Positions 1 through 10,368 are shown, counted from the stretch's first letter. The stretch: DNA of 64,000 nt from Verrucomicrobiota bacterium (GCA_027493615.1 JAOSKK010000012.1:228644-292643), one strand, 5' to 3'. The notes: generated from the letters alone by a model not told the origin. Made by a program: numbers and translations.

Positions 1-808
1 ACCCGCCCATGTCATGAAATCGCACGGCCCGCTCGTACAGCAGCGGATCGTTGCTCACCACCGCCCCGCCTTCGCCGGAGGTGATCGTCTTGTTGATCTG
101 GAAGCTGTAAATGCCGAGGTCCCCCAGGCTGCCCAGCCGCCGGCCCCGGTACGACCCGCCCACGCACTGCGCGCAATCCTCGATCACCGCGATCCGGCGC
201 TCGCGGGCGATCTCGAGGATCCGGTCCATCGCACAAGGACCGCCCAGCAGATGCACCGGGATCACCGCCTTCGTGCGCGGGGTGATCCGACGCGCGAAGT
301 CCTCCGGATCCAGGTTTAGCGTGCGGTCGATTTCCGCAAAGACCGGCAACGCGCCAGCGTGCACCACACAGGTGTAGTCCGACCACCAGGTGTAGGCCGG
401 CACAATCACCTCGTCCCCCGGCCCGATCCCCAGCGCGGCCACCGCGCAGTCCAGCGCCGCTGTCCCGGAGGTCACGCCCAGCGCGAACCGCGTTCCCATC
501 TGCTTTGCGAAGGCCTCCTCAAACTCCCGCACCTTCACGGGCTGTCCGGGCCCCCAGTAGCGGAAAGGCGACCGGGATTCCCACACCTCGAGCAGGGCTT
601 CACGCTCGCGGGCGTCAAAGAAGGCCGGTCCCACGTAGCCGGGATCGATGGGTGGCAGAGGATCGGCGGTCGCCGCGGACGTCCCTTCGGCAGCGCGGGA
701 CGTGACGGTGGTTGCCGCCCCGAGCAGGGCCGTCGAGGCGGCGAGGAATTGGCGGCGGCTGACCGGGTCAGCGGTTGGGCGGGACATCGCTTCCTTGAGG
801 GGCTTCAT
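1..808 (-). CDS. DegT/DnrJ/EryC1/StrS PLP-dependent sugar aminotransferase with Tat signal (partial, runs off the window)
   Basis: Manual translation of the minus strand: SRRQFL twin-arginine motif, TSGTAALDCAVAALGIGPGDEVIVP, IEDCAQ, SFQINK with the catalytic Lys, GEGG. Start at 808 or 787. Absent from the ORF track because there is no stop inside the window. Confidence 0.9.
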   Translation of the reverse strand, partial: MKPLKEAMSRPTADPVSRRQFLAASTALLGAATTVTSRAAEGTSAATADPLPPIDPGYVGPAFFDAREREALLEVWESRSPFRYWGPGQPVKVREFEEAFAKQMGTRFALGVTSGTAALDCAVAALGIGPGDEVIVPAYTWWSDYTCVVHAGALPVFAEIDRTLNLDPEDFARRITPRTKAVIPVHLLGGPCAMDRILEIARERRIAVIEDCAQCVGGSYRGRRLGSLGDLGIYSFQINKTITSGEGGAVVSNDPLLYERAVRFHDMGG

Positions 809-820
809 GGGCAAGGCCGG

Positions 821-2066
821 TTAGAGTTTGAGACCTTCGGTGCGGAACTCCCAGCGCTCCGCCCGTCGCATCATCTCATCCCACGTGACCATACGCTGCT
901 CGTACGCCGCCAAGCGTCCGAGGATGGTGGTGAGGTTGCTGCGCACGCTCGGCGCGACGGTGGCGTTGCTGTAGTCCGCCTTCACGATCGATCGTGAAAC
1001 GCGGCAATGTTCGCGACCGCACCCGTCTCGTAAAGGTTGGCCGAATTGCCGTTGAAACCATCGTCGATCGCGCTGAGGCTCACCTTCCCGGCATAATGCG
1101 TGTCCACGGTACCCTGGGTGCCGTACATGCGGCACAGGATGTCGTCGTAGCCGTGCCCCATCTGCTTCGAGTTGAAACTCACCAGCAGGTCGCCGGGGAA
1201 CCAGAAGATCACGGCGAAATGGTCCCAGCACGTGCCGAAGCCCCGGGCCAGTCCGCCCGTACCCGTGGCGCGCAACGGGTCCGAGTCCGTGAACCACGTC
1301 GCCACGTCCAGCGCGTGGATGTTCTGCTCGGTGATCACGTCGCCGGACAGCACGCGGTCAATCCCCCAGGCCCGCAGGCGCGCCTCGGGATCGTTCTCGC
1401 GGCCTTTGAGGGCGTCCTTGAGCTGCGGGAAGGTCGGACCGCAGTGATAGGTGGCTTCGCCCAGCACGAGCTTGCCGATCTGACCTTCGCGCACGCGCCG
1501 CACGACCTCCTGGTAAGCCGGGTTGGCGCGGGTCTGAAATCGACCAGAAACACCAACCGCTTGGTCGTCGCCTGGGCCCCGCTGGCCCCGATGCTCTGAC
1601 AACCCGGCACGTCCACAGCGATGGGCTTGGCCAGGTAAACGTGCTTCCCGGCGGCCACGGCGTCCTGCGCCTGCTCGGGATGGAAGAACGGCGGACTTTG
1701 GATGACCACGGCATCGAGCCCCGGTTGTTCGAGCAGCTTCCGGTAGCCGTACAAGCCCGTGTAGCGCGCGGCTGCCGGCACCTGGAACTGGTCGCCTGCC
1801 TGGTTGGCGCGGTCGGGGAAGTAATCGAAAACCCCGACCACCTCGTAGCCTCCGTGGCGGGCGAAGAGGTTCGTAATCCAGCGCCCGCGGCCCCCGCAGC
1901 CGATAAGGCCGATCTTGATCCGGTGGTCCGCCTCCGCCGACCGCAACGCCGCGCCGGGCATCAACGTGAGACCGGCGGTGACCGTGCCGGCGGTGGTCAG
2001 AAAGCGACGACGGTTCAGTGCCAGCAGGGCCTCATGTTCCGTGGGCAAGCGCGGGGTAGGATTCAT
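821..2066 (-). CDS. Gfo/Idh/MocA family oxidoreductase, Tat-exported (frameshifts near 1535 and 990)
   Basis: NRRRFL signal, IGLIGCGGRG NAD-binding motif, GKHVYLAKP, EQNIHALD. Merged from ORFs 1335-2066, 982-1602 and the tail of 821-1297. Confidence 0.85.
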
Positions 2067-2119
2067 GGCGGCATCAAATCCCGGTCGCGCCAGCGAGGCA
2101 AACAGAAACTACCCAGCCC

Positions 2120-2181
2120 AGGGGTCAGTCAATAGTAATGTAAACTCTGCCTCCGGTTCTCAGGATTCAGGCACTGACCCC
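2120..2181. repeat. Miniature element made of the transposase-associated end motif
   Basis: AGGGGTCAGTCAATAGTAATG (2120-2140) matches the inverted repeat at 6984-7004 at 20 of 21 positions. An inverted ACTGACCCC lies at 2173-2181. Confidence 0.75.
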
Positions 2182-3141
2182 ACTGAACGCCTTCCGCAGC
2201 GCTGCAAGGGTCGCCGCGCAGGCGGCGTCGTTGTCAAGGGCGTTCAGCGCCTGGTTGAACGGCTCCAGCCCGCACCGGTCCCGCGTACCCCATGCGCACC
2301 AGCGCCCGCAGAAATGTGACCACGTCGATGACACCGGTCGCCGCCGGCAGCTCCCGTTTGCCGTCCTGTTGCTGGTCCTTAGCCACCCCCGCCGGCGCAT
2401 CGTTCAGATCCACCGACACGATGTCGTCCGCCGTCAGCGCAAGCAGGTCCGCCTCGGTGTCGCCCGCCTGCCACCAGTGCCAGCTATCGAGTACCACCCC
2501 GTCTTCTCCCCGCCGATCGCCGCGATAAGCTCCCGGGCCTCCGCCAGATTGTGAACGAACGGGAACCGCTGGCGCGCGCGTGACGTGAACGTCCCCACAT
2601 ACTCGAGACCAAGCTGCAACCCGTGGTCCGCCAGCACCCGGCTCACCTCGCGCAGGCGGCGGGCGTGCTGATCGAAGTTCTGCCGGTAGGTCAACGAGCC
2701 GTGCCCCGGCGAAAGCCAGGTGCCCACGCGCGACGCCCCGGCCCGCTGTAACGCCGCGGCGAGAGAGGGGAGTCGGCTCAGGCCCTCGCTGAACGTCCCG
2801 TCGTCGCGCCGGAACTCAACCGGCAGGCCGGCGGCTCCCCAGACCAGCCGCTTTCCGTCCAGCTCCGCCCGCAGCTCCGCCACTTGTTCGGAGGACAGGC
2901 CGGCGAGGAAATCGGGAAAGGGCTCCACCGCGGTGAATCCATGCTGGTGCGCCAGCGCGATTGTCTCGGTCTGGTTCGCTCGCACGCCGATGCTGCCCGG
3001 CGAGAGGCAAAGCCTCATGGCGTGACCGCCCGGCTGGGCCGTGCGGCCGGCCGGAGAGAAGGACGCACCCGCAACCCCGATGCCGGCCAGGGCCAATCGC
3101 GCAAGGAAGCCACGGCGATCCGTCGTGGGGAGTGGGTTCAT
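2167..3141 (-). CDS. Sugar phosphate isomerase/epimerase (xylose isomerase-like TIM barrel), Tat-exported (2 frameshifts)
   Basis: DRRGFL signal, LGLEYVG, LDSWHW, DLNDAP, RELP, LEPFN motifs across ORFs 2434-3141, 2234-2497 and 2167-2400. Confidence 0.85.
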
Positions 3142-3280
3142 AGCAGCGCCAGTAGTGGCTCAGATCAGCCTGTCGCGCAAGCCTCAACCCCGAGGACCAG
3201 CACCCGCATGCCACGTTCCCGGTCTTGGTTTCGCCAGGCACACCGAGTCACTCCCGCGCCGGCCACGGTTCTTGAGCCCG

Positions 3281-3862
3281 TCAGTTTGGCGAAGGCGCAC
3301 GACGAGCCCGCCGCTTCAACACCCAAACCAGCAGGCCCAGGAGCGCCGCGACGAAGAGGGTCAACATCGCCACGGGCAGCAGGAGGGCCAGCAGCGTGGT
3401 CACCAGCGACCCGCCCAGTTCAAACGTGGCGAAGAGCGGATTCGCCAGACCTCCCGTTGTGGTGGTGGAAACACCCCGCACGGCGGTGGTCAAGCCCTGG
3501 AACAAACCCGCCGTGCCGCCGCCCGCCACGAACGCCAGTGCCCACTTCAGCAAGGGGTCCAGTTCGGTGAGTTGTGCCACCGTCAGGAACGTGCCCGCGG
3601 CTACCGCGGTCGGCGCCGCCAACCCATCGAGGGCGTTGTCCAGCCAAGGAACATAATAGGCCCCCACCTCGAGCAAGGTCGCGCTCGCGAGCGCGGTCAA
3701 CGCCGGGCCGCTCCCCAGCCAGGCGAAACCCTCGCCCAACGGCAGCCAGCCGATCCGGTTTGCCAGCGCGGTCAGCAAGAGCGGCACGAACACACGGAAG
3801 CCGCAGGCCGCGCTCAAGCCCACGCCCAGTCCAAGGCCGAGAAGCAGTTCGCTCGAAGTCAT
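3281..3862 (-). CDS. DUF4126 family membrane protein
   Basis: GLSAACGFRVFVP, YYVPWLDNALD, TTGGLANP motifs; several hydrophobic helices. Confidence 0.85.
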   Translation of the reverse strand: MTSSELLLGLGLGVGLSAACGFRVFVPLLLTALANRIGWLPLGEGFAWLGSGPALTALASATLLEVGAYYVPWLDNALDGLAAPTAVAAGTFLTVAQLTELDPLLKWALAFVAGGGTAGLFQGLTTAVRGVSTTTTGGLANPLFATFELGGSLVTTLLALLLPVAMLTLFVAALLGLLVWVLKRRARRAPSPN

Positions 3863-3923
3863 GCGGAAGTCCCGGACCCGCGAAGGTCGCGACCGGTTTC
3901 AAGCTCCGTTGCGCGTGTGGAGG

Positions 3924-5165
3924 TCATGGCCCCGAAGAACTCGAGCCCGGGCCCTTCACCAGCCGGTACCAGTTGTCGCGCTGATGCGGTTCGTAGCCGA
4001 GATCCCGGATCAGGCGGTGCATGTCCGCCACTGTCATGCGGAACGTCGCCCCCGCCTGCGAAACCACGTTCTCTTCGATCATGATACTCCCGAGATCGTT
4101 CGCCCCGAACTTGAGGGCAATCTGCCCAATGTCCGGTCCTTGCGTGACCCATGAGCTCTGGACGTTGTCAAAGTTGTCCAAGTAAACCCGGGCCAACGCC
4201 TGCGTCCGCAGGTATTCGTGAGCCCCGGCGGTCGGCGCCTTCAGTCGCGTGTTCTCCGACTGGAAGGTCCAGGCGATGAAGGCCGTGAAATGGCCGGGAC
4301 CCGCTCCTCCCGGCTCACCGACGCACGGCTGCGGGTCGTCCCGCCGCCATAGAGCGGACCGTTCGGCAGTCTCTGCCGCCTGACCCTCGCCAGCCCGCAG
4401 CCGCGCAGAGTACGCGAGCGACCGGTCCTGTTGGACCCGCAACCGGTCCAAGTGCTCGATGCGATCTTCCAGCGTTTCAACATGGCCGAACATCATCGTG
4501 GCACTCGAGTGCAACCCCAACCGGTGCGCCGCGTCCATGACTTCCAGCCACTCGTCACTGGTAGCCTTCAGCGGCGAAATGCGCTGCCGCACGCGATCCA
4601 CCAGGATCTCACCTCCTCCGCCCGGGATCGAACCCAGGCCCGCTGCCCGGAACTCGCGCAGCAGCGAATCCAGCGGCTCCTGGAACAGGTCACGGAAGTG
4701 AATGAACTCGCTCGGGCTGAACCCGTGCAGGTTCACTTGGGGAAACCGCGCCTTCACGTGGCTGAGCAGATCAAGATACCACTGCTTGCTCAGCTTCGGG
4801 TGATGACCGCCCTGGAGCAACACCTGGGTGCCGCCCAGCGCCAGGGTCTCCTCGATCTTCCGATCCAGCTCTTCCAGGCTGATGACGTACGCGTCCGCGT
4901 CGCGCTCGGTGCGATAGAAGGCGCAGAACTTGCAGTAAACGTTGCAGACGTTCGTGTAGTTGACGTTGCGATCTACATTGTAAGTCACGATCTCGTTACC
5001 CCGACCTCCGTACGCGTCGGCCTTGGCCAGTTGGCGCCGCCGATCCGCCAGAGCACCCAGTTCCTCGAGCGGCAAGCCGTACAGACGCCAGGCCTCTGCA
5101 GGGCCAATCCGTTCGCCGTCCCAGGTCTTTTGCAGCAAGGCATCGAGTGACGGGTCGTAAACCAT
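3924..5165 (-). CDS. mqnC: Cyclic dehypoxanthine futalosine synthase (radical SAM, menaquinone futalosine pathway)
   Basis: DRNVNYTNVCNVYCKFCAF (CxxxCxxC), LQGGHHP, IPGGGGEIL, ATMMFGHVE, QSSWVTQG, GANDLGSIMIEENVV. Confidence 0.9.
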   Translation of the reverse strand: MVYDPSLDALLQKTWDGERIGPAEAWRLYGLPLEELGALADRRRQLAKADAYGGRGNEIVTYNVDRNVNYTNVCNVYCKFCAFYRTERDADAYVISLEELDRKIEETLALGGTQVLLQGGHHPKLSKQWYLDLLSHVKARFPQVNLHGFSPSEFIHFRDLFQEPLDSLLREFRAAGLGSIPGGGGEILVDRVRQRISPLKATSDEWLEVMDAAHRLGLHSSATMMFGHVETLEDRIEHLDRLRVQQDRSLAYSARLRAGEGQAAETAERSALWRRDDPQPCVGEPGGAGPGHFTAFIAWTFQSENTRLKAPTAGAHEYLRTQALARVYLDNFDNVQSSWVTQGPDIGQIALKFGANDLGSIMIEENVVSQAGATFRMTVADMHRLIRDLGYEPHQRDNWYRLVKGPGSSSSGP

Positions 5166-5267
5166 GCCGCCACCATAGCGGGCGCCGGCCACCAAGGCAA
5201 AGCCGCGGCCCTCTTACGCCTGCCCCGCCAACCACCCGCCGTCCCGGGCGTTGCGACAACCAGTGGG

Positions 5268-6983
5268 CTACGGCGCAGACACCCAACGCCACTGGTGCGC
5301 CGGCAGTTCCAGTTCCGCACCGTCCAACCGCACCCGCGCCGTGGCTTCGCCGAAGTTGTAGAGGCAACGTCCCCCGCCGAAGAGATACAGCCCAACACCC
5401 GCCGGCGCCTCCCAGGCCACGCCAAGCGGGGAGAGGAGAGCCGCGCGCAACTCGTTCGCAAAGGGTTCCGGCAACTCCGCCAGGCCCCGCGGCTTCGGAG
5501 CCAACAGCCACTCACCGCTCTCCCGAAAGTCCGCCTCCGAAAAGGTGCGGACGTTCAGCACCCAAACCCGGCCAGCTTCAAAGGTGCGTTCCGTGAGCAA
5601 TGGAACCGGACGCCCACCCCGGATCACCTCGAGCCGGGCGCGACTCTCCGTGACTCGCACACCGCCGTCCACATCCAGCGGCGACGCGAATGTCCCCAAC
5701 GTCGCCCCAAACCGATAGGTCTCGGCCACCAGCGGCTGAGCCGCAGGCCCGACCTCGACTCCGGCCCACTGCGCCGCTTCGGAGCCCACCATCCGCACAA
5801 AGGCGGGTGTCACAACGACCGCACCCCCGCGTTGAACCTGCCCCTGCGCCCGGCGCAGGGCCTCCGCATCGGCAGCGGCTTGCACTCCCAAGAACACGGC
5901 GCGCGCCTCCGTGGGATAGGAGGACACGGGCACCACCGGCAGCCCGATCATCCCGAGATAGTCCGCCAAATACAGGTTCTCCTCGCTTTCGCTTCCGGGG
6001 GGCTTGTAGAACGCGAAGCCGCTGGGTGTCTGCCCCCGCACCCGCGCGGCCAGGGCCTGGAGGTCGGGCAATCGTGCCGCCAACAACGCATCCCCAGGAT
6101 GGCCGTCCATCAGATCGCCCAAACGGAACAAGGTGAGGTCCCGGGCGCCCGCCAGCACGCTCTGATATGCCTGGTCGATAAAATGCTGGGCGGAACACTC
6201 GATGTGGTCGAACCACGCGCCCATCACCTTCGGCCCGGCGACCGACTGCAACCAACGAAAGTTCATGTATCCTTCGGTGGGCTGCACGAATCCCATCCGC
6301 CGGGTCTGCGGGTTGCGCACTTCCGTCCCCACCCAGATCGCATCAAAGGGTGGCGACATCCGCGCCGGATCGTAGCCGAACAGATGGAACCGGTCGTACC
6401 ACTGCGGGTACTTCAGAATCAAACGCACCCCAGGATGCGCGTCCTTCGCCGGACGCACGATCATCGGCTCGATCAGCGACACGAGCAGGTCCCGACGGTA
6501 CTCGCCCCAGGAACGGCTCCCGCGCGCGACTTCGGACTCGGCGGAGGTGTCGGCCGTGCAGTAGAAGTCATCGACGATCAATTCGTCGAACAGGGGGGCG
6601 TTTTCGCGGAAGAACTGTGCGACGTCGCTCTGTGTCTTCGCGCTCTGCCAATTCAGCCAGCTCAGCGCCGAGTCCTGTCGGGTCCCAAACCGGCTGCCAG
6701 GCACGGTGGCGATCCCGCCCGCACACCGCACGCCCCGGGCGTGGAAATCGTCGCGGACTTCCCGTAGCAGGTCCGGCGGTACGTACTCATCCCCCCGCCG
6801 TCCTTCCAGAAAGAGCCGGTCCACTCGCAACGGCGCAAGCACCGCAGCAGCCCGGACGCGCTGCTCGGCCGTCGCCAGATGCTGGAGGACATCGCCGGCC
6901 GTCGCGTAAACGCTCACCGTAAAGGACTCGCCGGCACGCAGAGACGCGGCCAGCACCAGGGTAACAAGGAGGCGAATCATCAC
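5268..6983 (-). CDS. Secreted uncharacterised glycoside-hydrolase-like (TIM barrel) protein
   Basis: 571-aa ORF with Sec signal peptide; ELIVDDFYC and ILKYPQWY motifs. Fold assignment is inference. Confidence 0.5.
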   Translation of the reverse strand: MMIRLLVTLVLAASLRAGESFTVSVYATAGDVLQHLATAEQRVRAAAVLAPLRVDRLFLEGRRGDEYVPPDLLREVRDDFHARGVRCAGGIATVPGSRFGTRQDSALSWLNWQSAKTQSDVAQFFRENAPLFDELIVDDFYCTADTSAESEVARGSRSWGEYRRDLLVSLIEPMIVRPAKDAHPGVRLILKYPQWYDRFHLFGYDPARMSPPFDAIWVGTEVRNPQTRRMGFVQPTEGYMNFRWLQSVAGPKVMGAWFDHIECSAQHFIDQAYQSVLAGARDLTLFRLGDLMDGHPGDALLAARLPDLQALAARVRGQTPSGFAFYKPPGSESEENLYLADYLGMIGLPVVPVSSYPTEARAVFLGVQAAADAEALRRAQGQVQRGGAVVVTPAFVRMVGSEAAQWAGVEVGPAAQPLVAETYRFGATLGTFASPLDVDGGVRVTESRARLEVIRGGRPVPLLTERTFEAGRVWVLNVRTFSEADFRESGEWLLAPKPRGLAELPEPFANELRAALLSPLGVAWEAPAGVGLYLFGGGRCLYNFGEATARVRLDGAELELPAHQWRWVSAP

Positions 6984-7998
6984 AGGGGTCAGTCAATAGT
7001 ATTGTGCTCTTTTTTCGCTGCCACCCCGCCGATCCCAGTACAACAGGTGCGCCAGGTGGGTGCGGGTGCCCATGCGCAGTCGCTCGGCAATCCAGGCCAG
7101 CGTCATGGTGGTCTCCCGCCGCACCCGATTCGCGATCGCCACCTTGACCGGATCGCCTTTGCGCCTGACCAACAACTCGTTCAGTTCCCATCCCCGGTTG
7201 GCCAACTCCTCGGTCACAATCCGTTCCGCTTTCGCCTGGGCGGCTTCCGCCAACTCCGGTCCGTAGTGTTGTGCACCAGCGCGCGCCGATACTCGCTCGA
7301 GCAGTTCCTGGCGGAACTGCTCGTCGCCCAAGCACCAACCCCGCCGAATCCGAGGGTAATCTTCGTCAGCCTCAGCACTCCGCCGCGCTTCCAGCAGACG
7401 CTCGAATTCGCGCCGCCCGGCCGTGCTATCCTTGGGGATGCCATATTCCCCCAAGAGCCGGTCCACCCGCAACCATGCTGGCCGCTGAGGCGGACTCTTG
7501 AGGTATTCCGGCAAACTGCTCCAAGGGTAGCTCCGCAGCGGTTGCTCCGGGCCGAGCAATCCTGCCCGGGCGGGATTCAGGTGGACATACTCGCCCACGG
7601 TCCGGAGATATCCCCCGCCCGCTGACCAGCAAGGACTTGTAACGCCCGCTGAACAGGTGGCCACACACCTTGTGCCGGTGATTGAAGCGGGACGTATACG
7701 TGCCCATCAGCCAGGCCATGCCCGCCACCAAATTGGGCTGGGGCGTCTCGATCACCAGATGAAAATGATTGGGCATCAGGCAGTAAGCATGGACCTCCCA
7801 GGCTGTCTTCGCGCACGCCTCGGCAAGTGATTCCAGGAAGCGTCCGCGGTCTTCGTCATCGCGAAAGATCGCTTCCCGCCGATCACCGCGGTTCAGTACG
7901 TGGTAGATCGCTCCGGGGAACTCAACCCGCAACTTGCGAGGCATGACGCGGACCGTGGTGCCGGGCAGAAAAGTTGTCAATACTATTGACTGACCCCT
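6984..7998 (-). mobile_element. Y1/HUH transposase element bounded by perfect 21-bp inverted repeats
   Basis: AGGGGTCAGTCAATAGTATTG (6984-7004) and its exact reverse complement CAATACTATTGACTGACCCCT (7978-7998) enclose only the transposase gene. Confidence 0.85.
6993..7944 (-). CDS. Y1 tyrosine transposase (IS200/RAYT-like) with C-terminal HTH-like domain (frameshift near 7620)
   Basis: MPRKLRVEFPGAIYHVLNRG, AYCLMPNHFHL (HUH), GHLFSGRYKS, YVHLNPARAG, YPWSS. Confidence 0.9.
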
Positions 7999-8132
7999 TT
8001 GGGTAAGCAGGGTCACTTAGGATTTTCCCTTGCCAACCTCCGAAATCGTAGTAAGTGTTTCTGCGTATTCGGAGCCGTTGCGGCGCCGAACCAAGGAGAC
8101 GGAACCCGTAGCAGACAAAAGGAGAGATTCGT

Positions 8133-8810
8133 ATGGAGGGGAACAACAAAGGCAGCGAAGTTCGATCACGCCACGGTTACGCCCGGACGTGGCGGGGGTG
8201 TTTGGCACTGATGCTGGGCGGCCTCATGACCACCGAAGCGCAGGTGGCCATCACACTCACCGAAACCCAGGGCATCGTCACCTCGTCGGGATTCAAGTCA
8301 TTCTCGATCACGTCCTCGTTCGAAGACTTGGGGGTGAGCGAGAGTTACCGCTGGAAATTCACGTATGAAATAGAGGTGACCCAGTCACGCAACGGAGGCC
8401 CCTGGGACATCAGCCACCTGATCCTCCAGGTCTCCGACAACCTCACGTCGTCCGACTTGAAGGAGTCCGCATTGTGGGAGGGCCCGAAGACGTACGGAGC
8501 GGCTCCCTCGAACCCCGGGATCCCTGGCAACGTCTTCGGGATCAAGCTCGATACGAAAGAGAGCGACGCTGGAAAATATGTGATCACCCTTCACTCGACC
8601 CGGATTCCGATGCTGGGCGACTTCTATGCCAAGCAGGCCAACCGCGACTACGCGTACAACGCGGGATTCGGCCTGGACCCGGCGCTGCATCCGGAGTCCA
8701 AGATCTGGGTGCCGGACACCCGCGTCGATGTGCCCGAACCCCAGGAGTATGCGATCATCGTCGGCTTGGGGTTGGTCGGGTTTGCGATCCACCGGCGCCG
8801 ACGCGCTTAG
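8133..8810 (+). CDS. PEP-CTERM sorting domain-containing surface protein
   Basis: N-terminal signal peptide; C-terminal VPEP, transmembrane segment and RRRR. Confidence 0.9.
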   Translation: MEGNNKGSEVRSRHGYARTWRGCLALMLGGLMTTEAQVAITLTETQGIVTSSGFKSFSITSSFEDLGVSESYRWKFTYEIEVTQSRNGGPWDISHLILQVSDNLTSSDLKESALWEGPKTYGAAPSNPGIPGNVFGIKLDTKESDAGKYVITLHSTRIPMLGDFYAKQANRDYAYNAGFGLDPALHPESKIWVPDTRVDVPEPQEYAIIVGLGLVGFAIHRRRRA

Positions 8811-8939
8811 TCCGGGAGGAGCGAGCCGTTCACAGCACCCACCCAAGGCCGGCTTGCGAGCCGGCCCTGGCAGACACCTCGGATTTGGTCCGACCGGTCT
8901 CCGACCACGGTGCGGCAGGGTGCCGCGGCTCCGGACCCG

Positions 8940-9641
8940 TCAACGCGCTCCCTGCAGTTGCTCGATGCCGAGGACGTACTTCGAGCAACGCGCCACGCGG
9001 AACGGCAGGTGGTTGGTGACAGCCGCAGCCGCCTCGGCATGCGCCGGGGCGTACTTCAACTCGATGATGACGCCGTGGGGTCGGCCGATCACAGGTTGCC
9101 ACGTCGTACCGCCTGAACGGTTGGGAGCGAGAAACTCCAGGTCCGAGTCCACGGTGAGTCGAAATCGGCGGTCGGCACTCTCGTAGTAACGCCGCTGGTA
9201 ACGGTTGACCAGCGCGGGTTCGAGTTGCCGCAAACCGGCGCGCCACCGGCCGGGCAACCCGGCACCGTCCAGCGCGGCATCGAGTGTTTTGCGCGGCAGA
9301 CCGCCGTTGATGTGGAGAGGCGGCAGTGACTGGCTTAGCTTGCCGCTGACTTGGCCGCGCTTGAGCTTCTGCTCGAGCGTGGGCCGGAGAATGTGTCCGT
9401 GCAGCAGACCGTACCAACGGATGCGGGTCTTCAACCGGTTGGCAGTCCCGCTAACGTGGTCGTGGTAGTCCTTCAAACCCGGTGAATCGAGGTAGAGATT
9501 GTTGATGGCCCGCGGCGGATAGACTTCACGGAAGAGGGCGGGATGTCGCCGCACCAGGGCCAGCACCTCGGCCAGCGAGATCCCGCGGGCGATGAATTTG
9601 CGCTCGTAGCGGTAGTTTGCGGGCGAGGGAGCCGGTGTCAT
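8940..9641 (-). CDS. VTC / polyphosphate polymerase (CYTH-like) domain protein
   Basis: RYERKF, NLYLDS, RLKTRIRWY, LEQKLK, RLTVD, IELKY, SKY motifs. Confidence 0.85.
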   Translation of the reverse strand: MTPAPSPANYRYERKFIARGISLAEVLALVRRHPALFREVYPPRAINNLYLDSPGLKDYHDHVSGTANRLKTRIRWYGLLHGHILRPTLEQKLKRGQVSGKLSQSLPPLHINGGLPRKTLDAALDGAGLPGRWRAGLRQLEPALVNRYQRRYYESADRRFRLTVDSDLEFLAPNRSGGTTWQPVIGRPHGVIIELKYAPAHAEAAAAVTNHLPFRVARCSKYVLGIEQLQGAR

Positions 9642-9681
9642 GGTGGGGGGCTCAGGGCGCAGAGCGAGCAACCAGGGCCGT

Positions 9682-10368
9682 TCAAGCCGCCAGGCCTTGG
9701 TCGTCCAGACAACTCACGCGGGCGCCGGCGCTGAGCGTCCGCAGGCGCTGGCTGAACTTCTCGAGCTTGCCCACATCCTGGAAGTCCACATGGAACGCCG
9801 CCTCGAGGCACTCGGGCGTTTCGTCCAGACGGCGGAGTCGGGCCCGGGCGCCGGCTGCGGAGAGGGCTTCGAGGATCTGGCCGGCACTGAGCTTGCCGGG
9901 CGCGGGACAGGTCACGGTCAGATGGTAGTTCGGCTGATCGGGCACACGGTGAAAACGGCTGCGCAGTGCCACCAGCATCAGGATCACGACCAGGGCCACT
10001 GCGGTCACGAGGGGTTGTCCGGCACCGAGCCCAAGTCCGATGCCGATGGCCAGGAAGAGGAAGGCGAGTTCCTCCGGTTCCTTGATGGCGGCCCGGAACC
10101 GAACGATTGAGAGGGCGCCCACCAGGCCGAGGGAGAGCGCGAGCGACGATTTCACAATGCTGATGATGAGCGTGGTGGTGACGGTGAGCAGGAGGAAATT
10201 CCGGGCGAAGGCTCGGCGGTTCGAGAGCGATTGGCCGAAGTGGATGTAAGCCTGGCCGAGGAGGAGAGCCAGCAAGGCGGCCAGGATCAGGCTGAGGGCG
10301 AAACCGGGCAGCGAACTGAGCACGGCGGGGTTGTAGAAGAGTTCGCGCAGCGTGGGGTCGATTTGCAT
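9682..10368 (-). CDS. DUF4956 membrane protein
   Basis: SSLALSLGLVGALSIVRFRAAIKEP signature. Confidence 0.9.
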   Translation of the reverse strand: MQIDPTLRELFYNPAVLSSLPGFALSLILAALLALLLGQAYIHFGQSLSNRRAFARNFLLLTVTTTLIISIVKSSLALSLGLVGALSIVRFRAAIKEPEELAFLFLAIGIGLGLGAGQPLVTAVALVVILMLVALRSRFHRVPDQPNYHLTVTCPAPGKLSAGQILEALSAAGARARLRRLDETPECLEAAFHVDFQDVGKLEKFSQRLRTLSAGARVSCLDDQGLAA

